This document shows positions 49,657 to 61,311 of a stretch of 64,000 nt of DNA, piece after piece. The position numbers and the translations under genes were made by a program. The first letter of the stretch is position 1, and each line of letters opens with the position of its first letter. The stretch is from assembly GCA_036867785.1 (NCBI GenBank), contig CP145412.1, forward strand, positions 1,116,001-1,180,000, in the 5' to 3' direction. The DNA is from Plasmodiophora brassicae (taxonomy: Eukaryota). Below the pieces are notes generated by a model. The model did no database searches, had not been told where the DNA came from, and saw only the letters and a list, made by a program, of their open reading frames with translations.

Positions 49657-49751
49657 GTGGAGCCTCGGAAGCGGTACTTTATGTATTCATCCGGTTCCCG
49701 CTGTTACGGTATGTGGCGCCACATGATCGACGCCAGCATTGATGTATGTAT

Positions 49752-50905
49752 TCAGTTTTCATATCTTTCACGTTCCGAGATGAGCATGGTCAAGGATACG
49801 GCCATGATCAGCATTCCCAGAAAGATGAACTTGGTGGTCCACTCATCCTTCGGGTCGTGCCTGCGGGCTTTGTGCAAGATATCAAAGAACGCAACGTACA
49901 TCATCATGCCCGCGGCAACTGTGCAAGCATCGTAAGCACGCTGTTCATCGGTAACGCATGGCCCCAGAGTTATTACCTCCAGTAACCACGCCAAAGAAGA
50001 AATCAGTGTACAGCGACGTAGGCAGACAGAACGCGATGAACGCGCCGAGAACCTGTATGAATCCGGTCAAGACAGCCCAGATGAACGCCTTGACACGACT
50101 GCCGGTCTGGAAGTATATTGGCAGGGCAATGCAAAGCCCTTCGGGAACGTTATGCACTGCAATGGCCACCTGTGCAACAGAAACGTCAAGGTGGCTGGCC
50201 AACGTGCTGACGCTTAGCGTATCATACTGCTAGAGGGATGCCCATAGGGGGTACATGGATGGCAACGATGTACGTGGTGATGCCTTCTGGGATGTTATGC
50301 ATCGCTATCCTCAGAACGGCGATGATCGTCTTCCAGCTAATCTTGGCCTCGGCCAGCTGCTTACCACCGGCGAAATCATCGTCGTCACCTTCCTCCTCAC
50401 AGCAAACGACAGCCTTCTCGTTTACGCGCGTCACGATCTGAACTCGAACGTCAACGTTGTGGGGAGTTTCGGTGACGTCGTCTCCTGGTAAGGTACGCAT
50501 GGATGCCGATCTGCTGGGAGACGGAGGTGCATCACGTTGCCGCATCAGGTTTGTCAAGACCCGCATCAAGATGCCGCTCACGTGAATGGCCACCATCCCG
50601 ATGAAGAAACATCCAGATGACCATATCGCGGCCATAGTCTTGTCGAAATCTTTCCGAAACGCTGCCTCTGACTCTCGTATGACGTCCATCAGCGCAACGT
50701 AGACCTATAGAGCCGGTTGTTAGTATTTGCCGTGCAGACGACGCCAGAATCCAGTCGGCACCATGACACCGGTGGACAGGCCCAGCATGCGTGCCAACAG
50801 TTTGTGGTCGCCCTTTCTGACGACGAACGTGGCGATGGCGCCGACGGCATTGGTGGACGACGCAACGACCGCCAGCAGCAGCGCCCGAAGCACAATGTGC
50901 TGCAT
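49752..50905 (-). CDS. ZIP-family (ZupT-like) metal transporter, multi-exon
   Basis: LGLSTGVM, IAMHNIPEG, IAVHNVPEGLCIALP, VAAGMMMYV. Confidence 0.9.
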
Positions 50906-51321
50906 CTCAGACGCCGTTCGTTTTCGGTATGCCGATGACGCTTTTCATCGTCCCCGGAACACGGTTGAGCACGTGAGTCACGGTTGCTGGAAGCGCAGAG
51001 CTCCCCCTTGATATTCGCCTGCGCCCGGGCAAATTGATGACAAGTCTGCAAGTCACCCAAGCTGGTAGGACAGATGGCGGTGCACCCCGCAGACCGAACC
51101 TCGCAGCAGCAGGTTCGAGATATGTACATAACGGGCCCAGGCGGTGATGCATACGGTGTGCGTGTCGATGCTGATATACAGACGCAGACGTGACGAGGCC
51201 GGGACGGGGGAGCGAGGTCGTGCGTGTGCCACGGCCACTGGCCGCAGGCCGCAACACGCCACGCAACGTAGCGACGCGCCGTCCCCTTTTGTTTGGCGCC
51301 GGGCGGGCGTCGTCGCCTCGC

Positions 51322-53099
51322 ATGTGCCGACTACTGGTGTACAAGGGGCTTGACGACCAGCCCGTGCTACTGTCTGAGTACGTCGACGCGGCCAGGCCGT
51401 TTCTCGACATCGGGATTTGACTGGCGCGTGCGACAACAGTCTAATCACGAGACCGGAACACTCCATCATCAAGCAATCGTATGATTGTCGGGAACGTCAG
51501 GAAGGTAATGCTGCCTGGTCGCGTTGGTTTATACCCGCAGGATGGTGACCTTTTCGTCATCGTATAGGCTCGCACCTGTAAGGAACCCGCACTCGGGCAC
51601 CTTCCCGTTGTCCAATATTAGGTTGACACCACATATCGCTTGTAGACCAAAGGCGTTGAACGCAGATGGATTTGGGATCGGGTGCGCTCCGTGACATTCG
51701 CATCACGAAGCGCCGTTATTAATTACTTTTCATCTAGGTGGTATGCGAAAGAGGTTCGGCATGGAGAATTGCTCATCGGGGCACGTCGATCAGTATGTCT
51801 TATTATCAGAATGGCTGTGTTTCCAGGTCGACTGTACGCCCTGCGTGTTCACGTCGACATTACCGGCTTGGAACAATCGCAACTTGAACCGTCTCTGCGC
51901 CAAAGTCAGCTCGCCGCTTGTGTTTGCCCACGTACGTGCTGCTGGACTAGGGAGCGCGATCACGGAGACGAATTGCCATCCGTTCGTTGCTCCACCTTCT
52001 TTAAGCCCGGTATGGTTCGTTCTGATTAATGATGTTGCCATTTAGGTTCGTTTCCGGTCGGTATATGTTTATGCACAATGGTAGGCGTTTACCTGGGACA
52101 CTGTGCAGGGCTACCTGATCATCCTGTGCCCATAGGCCACATCGCTCAGTTCGGCAAGCTTAAACGAAAGCTCGTTGCTTCGCTGACTGATGAATGCTTT
52201 GCGATTATTGAAGGTACGGCCCATGCGTGTGCGTGCACTGCTGCCAACGGGAGCGCTCACCATTCTTGCAATTACATAGGGACGACTGACTCCGAGCACT
52301 GCTTTGCCGTGTTCATGGACGAATTGACTCGGTGCTTATCGTCGTCCCCAACATCAACGGGTGCTACGCCGATCTTTGATCGTACAGGCAGGCCACAAGA
52401 CCTACTCGACGCCATGTATGCCTGTTTATCATCGTTCAACATGTCACTTTAATATTAATTGGACATGCCCAGGACAATGACAGTGAAGCGACTGAGACGC
52501 ATCCGTCAGGAATGCGGTATTACTGAGCACTCCTATCTCAACTTTGCTGGTATTCACATTAGCCTTTCCGCTGGAACGTCGTCTGATCATCGTTTCAGTC
52601 ACGGACGGTGATTGCGTCGTCATTTCGCGCATCGTCGATGACGACTCTGGCACCAAACAAGCAGCGTCGATGTATTTCAGGTTCGGGACCGCGTTCTATG
52701 GACACTGGAATATGCCATACAAACCAAACATTGCATAGCTCTGGGACAAGCTTCAAGTGCAATAAGGATGGGGTGTACACCATGGCACAGCGTGATCGCC
52801 GCGAGGCAAGTGTTCTGCGGATCTAGGCCAACAGTCTCGAAGCGCTGACCCGTCCGCTCTAGGAAGTCGTCATTGTCGCTAGTGAACGCTTGACATCAAT
52901 TGCGGAGGACTGGGTAGTACTCGAGGAATTCCTGTCCTGCGTCTGTTGGCTGAAACCGTCCCCCACAGATGGAGGTCCCACCGAATCATATCATGGTTAT
53001 CACGCCAAAGCTCAATGTATTTCATCGCGTGTTCGGTTCGGTACGTTAGCGCTACCTAACCGTTCGATTGTCGGCAAAGGTTCTCACCATCGCCGTTGA
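51322..53099 (+). CDS. Class II glutamine amidotransferase, DUG3/EgtC-like, multi-exon
   Basis: N-terminal MCRLLVYKG (Cys2 nucleophile), NADGFGIG, PAWNNRNL, FAHVRAA, NCHPF, FMHNG, GTTDSEH, IVASE. The 3' end is approximate. Confidence 0.88.
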
Positions 53100-53268
53100 G
53101 CTCTGACATCAGCATCGTAACGCATATCTGCTCCTCTTCGCCAAGCTTTATAAAGTATCAATGTGATTTCTCCCGCCTCTGTGCCTGGATACCCGAAAAG
53201 GGCAGACGCGGAATGGATGCCTCCCGTAAAGCCAGTGTCAAACCGTGTCGTAGAGAATCGGGTGTGCG

Positions 53269-54127
53269 TCAACCTCCGGTGGCGCACGATTGCCGCTCGA
53301 CTCGCGGTCGAATGATCTTGTCCGTCTGCACAGTCAGCCGGTATGCGAAGCGGACAACGACGTTCGCGACCTTCGCACCCATGATCTTGCGGCACTCGAC
53401 ATGGGGGCACACCCGTTTGGGCAGTGGGATTTCGACCCTTGTCGAACGCGGGTCTTTCTCCCGGAAGTGCGACAAGATCGCCAGACTCTCCGGGCATTTC
53501 ACAAGAGTCGTACCGTCAGCCGCCAGCTTGGACGGATCCAGGAAATGCACGGGATCGGGTTCGTGTTCAGTGATGGTAAGTACGAACCGCCACCCATCTT
53601 CGGACACTTGAACCTCCATTCGCGTGTTCATAATAACGGAAACAAAGACAATGAAGTTGTTGGTGTTGCGGTCGGGATCGTGGAAGGCCATCACATCCCA
53701 TAGAAGGTCGCTAACGTGATCGCTGATCATATGCGGAACAGCGTCATCCGACTTAGAATCCACCCGGCTGGACGCACGTCTGCTCCCAAGAAGTCGCTTG
53801 ATAGATTTGCATCCACCTCCAAGAATCAGAGGTTTGACAGCTCCGTCGCCACGATGATTCGAAGCGCCGGTGCCATCTCCTAGAAGTAACATATCAGTAA
53901 CCGCGTCACATATATCAGAGTACGCCCCTACGTTTGGCCTGGAGAGAGGCCCTTATCTGTGCAATCTTAGAGTTCAGCTTCCCTGACGTGAAGGGGCTGA
54001 AGATCGGATTGATATCTTTGACAGGCTTTCCAGTCAAGGGGGCGATCTCGCTGTCCTCTTCCTCTAGAACTTTCTGCAACACCAGGTCATGGGCAGTGGT
54101 CCACTGGAGATGCGTTCCACGAGGCAT
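53269..54127 (-). CDS. Hypothetical protein, probably two exons
   Basis: Adjacent same-strand ORFs of 70 and 207 aa separated by an intron-sized gap; no recognised motif. Confidence 0.35.
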
Positions 54128-55361
54128 TCCAACGACGACGTCCGTGTACAGCTAATAACAAATGAATTGGGGCAGGGCAGGACTTTGACGGCGTGTCCGG
54201 CGCTGCCAGCGCAACAGTGTACGCCAGTGGCCGGCTGTCGAGGGCAATGCCGTGCAGTCGGCAATTCGCTATTTATAGCACAAACAACATGGGGACTCGG
54301 CGCCCACCTTACCCCGGTCGATCACCCCGATAGCTCCACTCAGCGTCGAATCAATCACGAGCTAAAGCTCATACAGTCGCGCATGACCATGTTAACAGGC
54401 GACTTGACGATTCGGCATCTTGGCGGGCATGTTCCGGCACGGCCGACATCGAACCGCATTTGCTGCGTGCGCTATGCTGACCCAAGGGAATCTTGGTTGA
54501 AGAGCCGCTGGTTGACACGCGTGCTTTGCTGCAGCGCCACTAGTTCGTAAAAGATTCGTATAACGACAAATATTCGCTACATTTGGGCAGATTTGGCAAA
54601 AGCCGGTAACCATACGTATCAGAAGGTTCATGCCATCGATGGTAGCGGCAACATACATCTCTTCATGTCAGCGCGCCTTTTTCCTGTCGAAGTTGCTGTT
54701 TCAGATCTTTTATCAGAGCGTGCAGGTACTCCTTGACGAACGTCTGCGATGCAAGTTAATCAGGGTACCATTCATTAGCTACGGTAGACGCGCGGAATAC
54801 AGACGTGTCGTGCACCCGATATGGTGACCATGCAGGTGACGACTTTGACGGCGGCGACGACGATGACTCCTCATTGCCGACACCGACCCTTACCATGCTA
54901 AAAGGGCTCGGAATATGAAATACACGATGAGAAAAGCTGCCTAGACAGAGTCTTAATTCGCGCACCTCAGCTGCCGGAGCGCGTTTTAGAAGGCGGCGTA
55001 TCACCAAGTGTCATTCTCGAAAGGTATCCCTTCAGGGGTAATGTGACAGTTGCGCTGGCTTAATTGATAATGGGTCGATCTTCTCATCAGTTAGACCATG
55101 CAGTTCCTCTCCGTCTGAAGGCATCCCATATGGCCATATTGTTTTATGCGGGGCGTCAGCGCGTGTCAGCCGCTTCATTGCCGAATGTCTGCACCACGGG
55201 TATCGACAGGTCGCCTGCTGCAAGGTCGGTGACGGGGGCGCGACGCCGTGCCAGCTGCCTACTACCGTACTGGACACGCCCGGCGCCCGTCGGACGGCAG
55301 CGCAAGTCCGTGGCCCGGATCAGTGGACGATTCACGGGCGATCCACGCGAAGCGAACAGCG

Positions 55362-56774
55362 ATGGGCGGGAAACATGACGGGTTTATGACTCCGAAGGCC
55401 ATTGCCAACCGCATCAAGGTACACGTGTGACCATACTGCTCGATTACGTTGAATAACGTTTGGATCTCCAGGCGAAAGGCCTTTTGAAGTTGCGGTGGTA
55501 CTGCCAGATGTGCCAGAAGTCGTGCAGAGACGAGAACGGATTCAAGGTAGGTCACGGGTGATAGTGTCACTCTCGGATACTGACAAGCGATACTATCGTT
55601 CGTTAGTGCCACTGTATGTCCGAAGCGCATCTGCGCCAGATGGCTTTGTTCAGGGAGCGACCCAATCAGATCATGACCGACTATTCGAGACAGTTCGAAG
55701 CCGGATTCGTCGGCATTCTTCGCATTCGTGGTCGGCAGAGAATCCTTGCAAATTCTGTGTACCAGGAGTACATTGCGGATCGCCATCATATCCACATGAA
55801 GGCGACCCAGTGGGATTCACTGTCCACCTTCGTGCAGTACCTGGGACGGACTGGTCAAGCTGAAGTGGATGAAACGGAACGCGGCTGGTACATCAAGTAT
55901 ATCGACCGTGACCCCAAAGTCGTCGCAAGGCAGCAGGCCGAGGCGAGAAGCCAGAAGATCGCGTTGGACGACGTGCAATTGACGGAGAAGCTAATCGAGC
56001 GCCAGATCGAGGAGTCCAAACACATTGAGAAAGAGAGAGGTAGGTGGCACCATTGCATTCGCCCAAAAGCCTGCCTGACTGCCGATCGACAGTCGCGCCA
56101 ACCGAGCTGGAACGTCCTTCCGACGACGCCAAGATCCAGTTTCAGCTACCGAAAGAGGCTCCTGCCGAGCCGCAGTCGGCACTGCCGAGTACGATGGTTT
56201 ACATTGTGACATTTCTGTGCTTGACTTATATACCGTTGCTTGCGCAGGACCTCCAAGCGTCTTCAAACGTCCTCTGGATGTGCCCAGTACGCAGAATGCC
56301 AAACGGCCTACCAAACGTTCTGCCGTTGAAACCCTAATGGAGGACATTCAATCGCGCGAAACACGAACAGTACCGCAGACGTGGCTCTCGAAGGGAATTA
56401 TTGTGAAGATTATGAACAAGACGTTGAGGGACGGTCAGTTTTACAAACAGGTAAGCATTGGTTAACTTATTCCCTGGTCAGCCCCGCCTAACACTTTGTC
56501 GCAGAAAGGTGAGGTGATCGAGGTAGTCGAGGGGCGAGCTGCACGAGTTCGGCTACTGGAATCGAAAACAGTGATCCGCGTTGACCAGACGGAACTCGAG
56601 ACTGTGATCCCCGCTATCGGAGGCACAGTTCGAATCGTAGACGGCACGCGGTATCGCGGCCGCACAGGCAATCTGGCATCTGTCGAAGCTGATACGTTTT
56701 CGGTTACTGTACGGGTGGATGGCCACGATACCCCTGGATTCCCATACGAACATGTATGCAAGGTTGCACAATAA
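55362..56774 (+). CDS. KIN17: KIN17 DNA/RNA-binding protein
   Basis: TPKAIANRIKAKGL.KLRWYCQMCQK.CRDENGFKCH..SE.H.RQM; YQEYIADRHHIHM.ATQW; DETERGWYIKYIDRDP; C-terminal KOW region DQTELETVIP. Confidence 0.95.
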
Positions 56775-57414
56775 ATATATTGCAATCTGTGAACGCACGT
56801 CTGTGCCCTAGTCCTTCCGCCCACAATAGCGAAGCGCGATGCCATCGTCAGTTCGTCACTCAATTGGATATCAGAACTTTTCGGAGTGCCGAGCGGCGTG
56901 CGGACCTTTGTCCCAGAAGGTGTCGGTGTGGAGCAGATCAGCGACGAAGGTTGGGAGCGTAGCGTTGGGAACCCGAGGTCGTTTTATATCGACGACAATG
57001 GATGCCCAACGTTATCACCAGAGGACGAGCCCGAGTACTACTATCCAGCGGTCGCAGAAGGTGCGTGTACTGGGTGCCACCAACTTGGCAAATGCTAGAC
57101 ACCAGCATCTTCGCAGACATGACCATCGCCCAAGACACCGTTGATGAGGCGTTGCTCGAGCGGGCCAAGGTTGTGTATCCTGAAATCGTCAGGCGGGTCA
57201 GCCAGGCGCTGGGCAAGGACCAGAATGCGAGCATCAGTCTCATATCGTCAACCAGTGTCTCAGGTGCGATGACCTTTCTGTGTTGTAATTGAGGAATGAG
57301 AACCAACGTTTGAGGGATACAGGCCGATATGCCAGCACTTGCTCATGACTGAACGCGGGTCGATCGCACCTGCAACTGCCGGCGCTGACCTCGAACGATA
57401 TTATTTCCACGTTT

Positions 57415-58060
57415 ATGAGAGGTCTGTGGGTTATGGGTGTTTATAGCACGACACCCTGCGATCTATTTGGCAATGTGGACGTGTTCCCTGCTGCGAGCAC
57501 GGTCGATGCTGGCACCTGGTGGGATGTTCATCGGGCGTTATATGCTAGCATCAGTCCACCGACGTCCCGAGCGTTGGTCTGGGCGGAGCCGTTCGCTGAG
57601 GGCCGTCTGATTCGCTAAGCCGAAGAGTCGTTCGCCAAGCTGTTCTCGCGCCTCGCTCACGTTTCTCGCCATTCGGACGTTTCTGTCGATGATGACCAGA
57701 TTGTTCCGAAGGTCGTATCGTTCTGGAACCACGTGAAGGGCGGACAGGGCGTTACTTTGCGGATGCGTCCTGTCCGCCCTTAGTAACGTCCTGTCCGCCC
57801 TTCACGTGGTTCCAGAAGGATACAACCTTCGGAACAATCTCGTGAGCCGGTTCGGGTGGTCCGTGTGCCAGGAGAGCTTCCCCGATGGCCATCAAGCATC
57901 CGATTGTGTGATGATCTACTACGCGGCCCAGACACCCCTCGCTCAGGTTGTCAATATCGCCCGGGCCAACATGTTGCGATGCAAGACGTTGCATTGCGCA
58001 GAGCCTCCGCCAAATGTACGCTCTAGGACCCAAACGGCGAAACTCGATGGCTGACAACAA
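57415..58060. mobile_element. Two inverted transposase-like remnants (piggyBac-like) forming a fold-back
   Basis: 57698-57756 is the near reverse complement of 57782-57840. Both encode IVPKVVSFWNHVKGGQ, resembling the piggyBac YN..KGGVD motif. Confidence 0.5.
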
Positions 58061-58278
58061 ACGATAAATCAGTAAACCGTGGAACCATGACTAACTACAT
58101 CTTACTGATCACCTTTGCGTTTGCCAGCATCCGAATGACGATGGCATCGCGTCCTCTCGCAACATACAGTATCCAAGGCAGTTCGCTGGTTCGGGGCTAG
58201 TGAAGGCATGGACTGGAATGTGTACGAATGTGCAGTATTCTAGCTAGGGCGTGTATAATATTACGTTGATCGGTTGAT

Positions 58279-61098
58279 TCAGTCATGATGGGCTGGTATG
58301 TTGAGCGGAAGTAATGGTGCCAGCAGTGCCCTCCGTTGAAAACGGCACGTGCGCCGCATAGCGACAGTGATTAAGCAAGTCAGCGTTACTACAACAATGA
58401 CAACTGGGTACAGCAAGGTGGAGAACACCACGAATGGCTCGCCAGATGCGGACACGGAGAATCGCCAATCTCGCAATCGACGAATACGCAACCTTGCATG
58501 CGTTTCGGGAGACCCAGTCGGTGTCGGAACGGAACAGGATGGAGCACGCCCGTAGACACGCGAGTACAGGGCATACTCGTCAAATGAGTTTTCGAGTCGG
58601 ACCGGCGCCGGGTAAGCATCTGAATAATCATCGTCAAGCGCCGGGTGTAGAGCAGTACTTAACCGGTCAGGGATGATGTTAGAAGTGGCAGCTTCGAGCA
58701 TTAGAATGATAAGCCAATCGGCGCGAGTGGACAACACACTTTGGACATCGTCGATGCCGCTCGAGTCACCATACACAATGACATGACTGCTGTTCACCGA
58801 CAGCACCCCACCGATCATGGGCATACCAGAACGACCTTGCGTGGATTTCAATTCCTGAGCAGGGAGCAATCGTCCGCCAGACGGAAACCTACTCACAGTC
58901 GTTCCAGAGGGGTAGGCAACTGGGCGGCCACCGATGTGAAACCGCCCTTCGACGACATCATCAGAGAAGGAGATCCCAAATGGATCCAGCAAATCATTCA
59001 AGGCGGGAATATTTGAGCCTCCAGTAATGGGGCCCCACCAGTGTTGCGTATTCTGATCAAAGAAGCGCGCACGTTGCATCTCGCCATGGTTGAACCAGTC
59101 GCCAATAACAACCAGCGATAAACCACCGTTGACGACGGCGTCGTAGACTCTGACGATTTCTTCATGGAAGAATTCTTCCTCAGCATCAACAATCACCAAC
59201 GCGCCATATCGACTGGTGTCGACACAAGTCAGGTCGCGCATGGCGATGTCGACGAAGAATCCGGCCGCGCGAAGCTCTGAATAGAACCCACGAAAATTCG
59301 TGTGCAGATGGTCGCCATGCCAGTCGAGAGTGTCCGACTTCTCCTGCAGGTTGTCGCGAGGAGCAAACACGCGAGGGTACTGAAGGTTGTGGAACTGATC
59401 CCACAAGATCCGACGCCTTCTAGGTGGTCGCGGAATGACGGAAGCGCGGAACGGAATCTCGACATTACATGACCTATGGTCTGAATCAACATCGAAGTAG
59501 ATCGTCCCGGCGACATCGACCCGCTGCGACACGTCGCGAACAACAGTGATGAGGACAGCGAACCACCCGGTCCATGGCCAGATCACATCGCAATGGACGA
59601 ATGACAGGTCAAGAACTGGCAGTGAACCGTTCGTATAGACAAAGCGCGGCGCAACGATATAGCCGTCGACTGCCACGCTGCTGTGCACTGTGAAGTTGAA
59701 GACCACAGGTTCAGCGGCAGCGAACAGAGGCTGAGTGCAGAACGGCCAAAAGTACGGGCAGTCAGTAAGGTCAAGCCGGTTAGGCAAGACGCTAACGTGA
59801 GGAACCATGGACCCACCAGCGAGAAACGCAACGGCAGCGTCGCCATTCAAGCGCCCGGCACCCTGTTCGAACATGGTTGCATCCGGGACGATCTCAGCTG
59901 TCTGCACGAGGGCCTGCTTAATAGCACCAGGATTGCGAAGTGGAGAATCGGGCGCTAGAGCAGACAGCATTCTCGCCACGATTCCAGCAACGACAGGAGA
60001 CGCGACCGATGTGCCACTCAGTGTTTGGCAGGTGCCACTCCTGCCAGAACCGCGAAGGTTCTGCGCCAGGGTCACGACGTCAGGTTTGACGCGACCGTAT
60101 CCGCCCTCGTGCAAATCCATGGTCGTCATGCCTCTTGAACTGAACGACGCGATCCTGCCCTCTGCGTCAAGCCCACCGACGCCGATAACGCAGGGCAGAT
60201 CCGCGGGACTGAGCAGTGTGCCCCACAGAGGTCCGTCATTACCAACGGCGCTGACAACGACAATGCCCGCGGCACACATTTCCAGGATTTTGTCAATGAA
60301 CGGCGTGTCGACATGGTCAGGTCCTCCGACCGACAGGTTGAGCACATCGATACCCGCCCAAATGGCGTAATTGAACGCGTCCAGGAACCATGACGTATAC
60401 GATGTTTGGTCGGCCGTGAATACCCGCATGATGTGCATAAGCGCGTTAGGGGCCTGGCCTTCGCATCCAGGATGTCGCCCGGCAACCGCAGATGCGACAA
60501 ACGTCCCGTGTCCAAGGACATCGTCTGGGTTGCCGTCGCTTGTGAAATCCAGGCGTTCGACGATATTAGCCAGGCCGCCCCCGCCTGCGTTCAGTCCCGA
60601 ATCCAGAACAGCGACACGAACGTTGTCGCCAAGAGCGCCGGCAGCCGGTTTCCGCTCAGGAATATCCGACTGCTTGGCAGGCGGGCTATCGCCTGTCGAC
60701 AGTAATGTTCGAAAGGTCCGCTGCGGATTCACTGACCGAAACAAGCCCGAACGGCGCGCTATTGCCAGGACGGCGCTGTCAGGGGATTCGACAGCAATAA
60801 CGGCGACGTCGGTTGAGGGTAGCGCTCCCATTGAAGACGAATTCACGAATCTCCAGCGATGACCCTCACAACCGACCGCCTGCCGTACCGCGCGTTCGAC
60901 GTCCCCAACCGGTACGCGGTCACGCAGCACCAGTACAACCGGGAAACTGAGCGCCGGACATTCGTCAGCGCTGGTGCCGGAGCACGCCGGCGCACACGTC
61001 CCCAACAATGGCGCCGCCGCCGTCGCCGCCGCCGCGCCACTTGACAGAACAGCGACGACGACGACGACGACGACGACAACGACGACGGCTGCGGTCAT
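58279..61098 (-). CDS. MBTPS1: Site-1 protease (SKI-1/S1P, subtilisin S8), intronless
   Basis: RTLL prodomain site, VAVLDSG, LGHGTFVA, QTSYTSWFLDAFNYA, SGTSVASPVVAG, FEQGAG, CPYFWPFCTQP, RILWDQFHN..YP, DWHGDHLHTNF, C-terminal TM helix. Confidence 0.95.
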   Translation of the reverse strand: MTAAVVVVVVVVVVVAVLSSGAAAATAAAPLLGTCAPACSGTSADECPALSFPVVLVLRDRVPVGDVERAVRQAVGCEGHRWRFVNSSSMGALPSTDVAVIAVESPDSAVLAIARRSGLFRSVNPQRTFRTLLSTGDSPPAKQSDIPERKPAAGALGDNVRVAVLDSGLNAGGGGLANIVERLDFTSDGNPDDVLGHGTFVASAVAGRHPGCEGQAPNALMHIMRVFTADQTSYTSWFLDAFNYAIWAGIDVLNLSVGGPDHVDTPFIDKILEMCAAGIVVVSAVGNDGPLWGTLLSPADLPCVIGVGGLDAEGRIASFSSRGMTTMDLHEGGYGRVKPDVVTLAQNLRGSGRSGTCQTLSGTSVASPVVAGIVARMLSALAPDSPLRNPGAIKQALVQTAEIVPDATMFEQGAGRLNGDAAVAFLAGGSMVPHVSVLPNRLDLTDCPYFWPFCTQPLFAAAEPVVFNFTVHSSVAVDGYIVAPRFVYTNGSLPVLDLSFVHCDVIWPWTGWFAVLITVVRDVSQRVDVAGTIYFDVDSDHRSCNVEIPFRASVIPRPPRRRRILWDQFHNLQYPRVFAPRDNLQEKSDTLDWHGDHLHTNFRGFYSELRAAGFFVDIAMRDLTCVDTSRYGALVIVDAEEEFFHEEIVRVYDAVVNGGLSLVVIGDWFNHGEMQRARFFDQNTQHWWGPITGGSNIPALNDLLDPFGISFSDDVVEGRFHIGGRPVAYPSGTTVSRFPSGGRLLPAQELKSTQGRSGMPMIGGVLSVNSSHVIVYGDSSGIDDVQSVLSTRADWLIILMLEAATSNIIPDRLSTALHPALDDDYSDAYPAPVRLENSFDEYALYSRVYGRAPSCSVPTPTGSPETHARLRIRRLRDWRFSVSASGEPFVVFSTLLYPVVIVVVTLTCLITVAMRRTCRFQRRALLAPLLPLNIPAHHD

Positions 61099-61311
61099 TC
61101 CATAGCAACGTCGCTGGGAAATGAGGGCGTCGTTTTGGGGCGAGAACGTGGAGAGAGGTTGTCGCCTGTTTTTTGTGTCGTGCGCACTGCGTGACGGAGT
61201 TGTCGCTGCATCGCGGATTCGCGCCCCTCCCACACTGTGAACCCGACGGGTCGTAGTCGACGACAGGTAGTGTTGCCACTGCGGAGGTTGGGGGGTGGTC
61301 GTCGCCCGGCG

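Noticed and set aside
54380-55060. Possible piggyBac C-terminal Cys-rich remnant (GHVPARPTSNRICC) and an 11-bp inverted match near 54205/55050
   Set aside because: Too degenerate to support; no TSD or longer TIR found.
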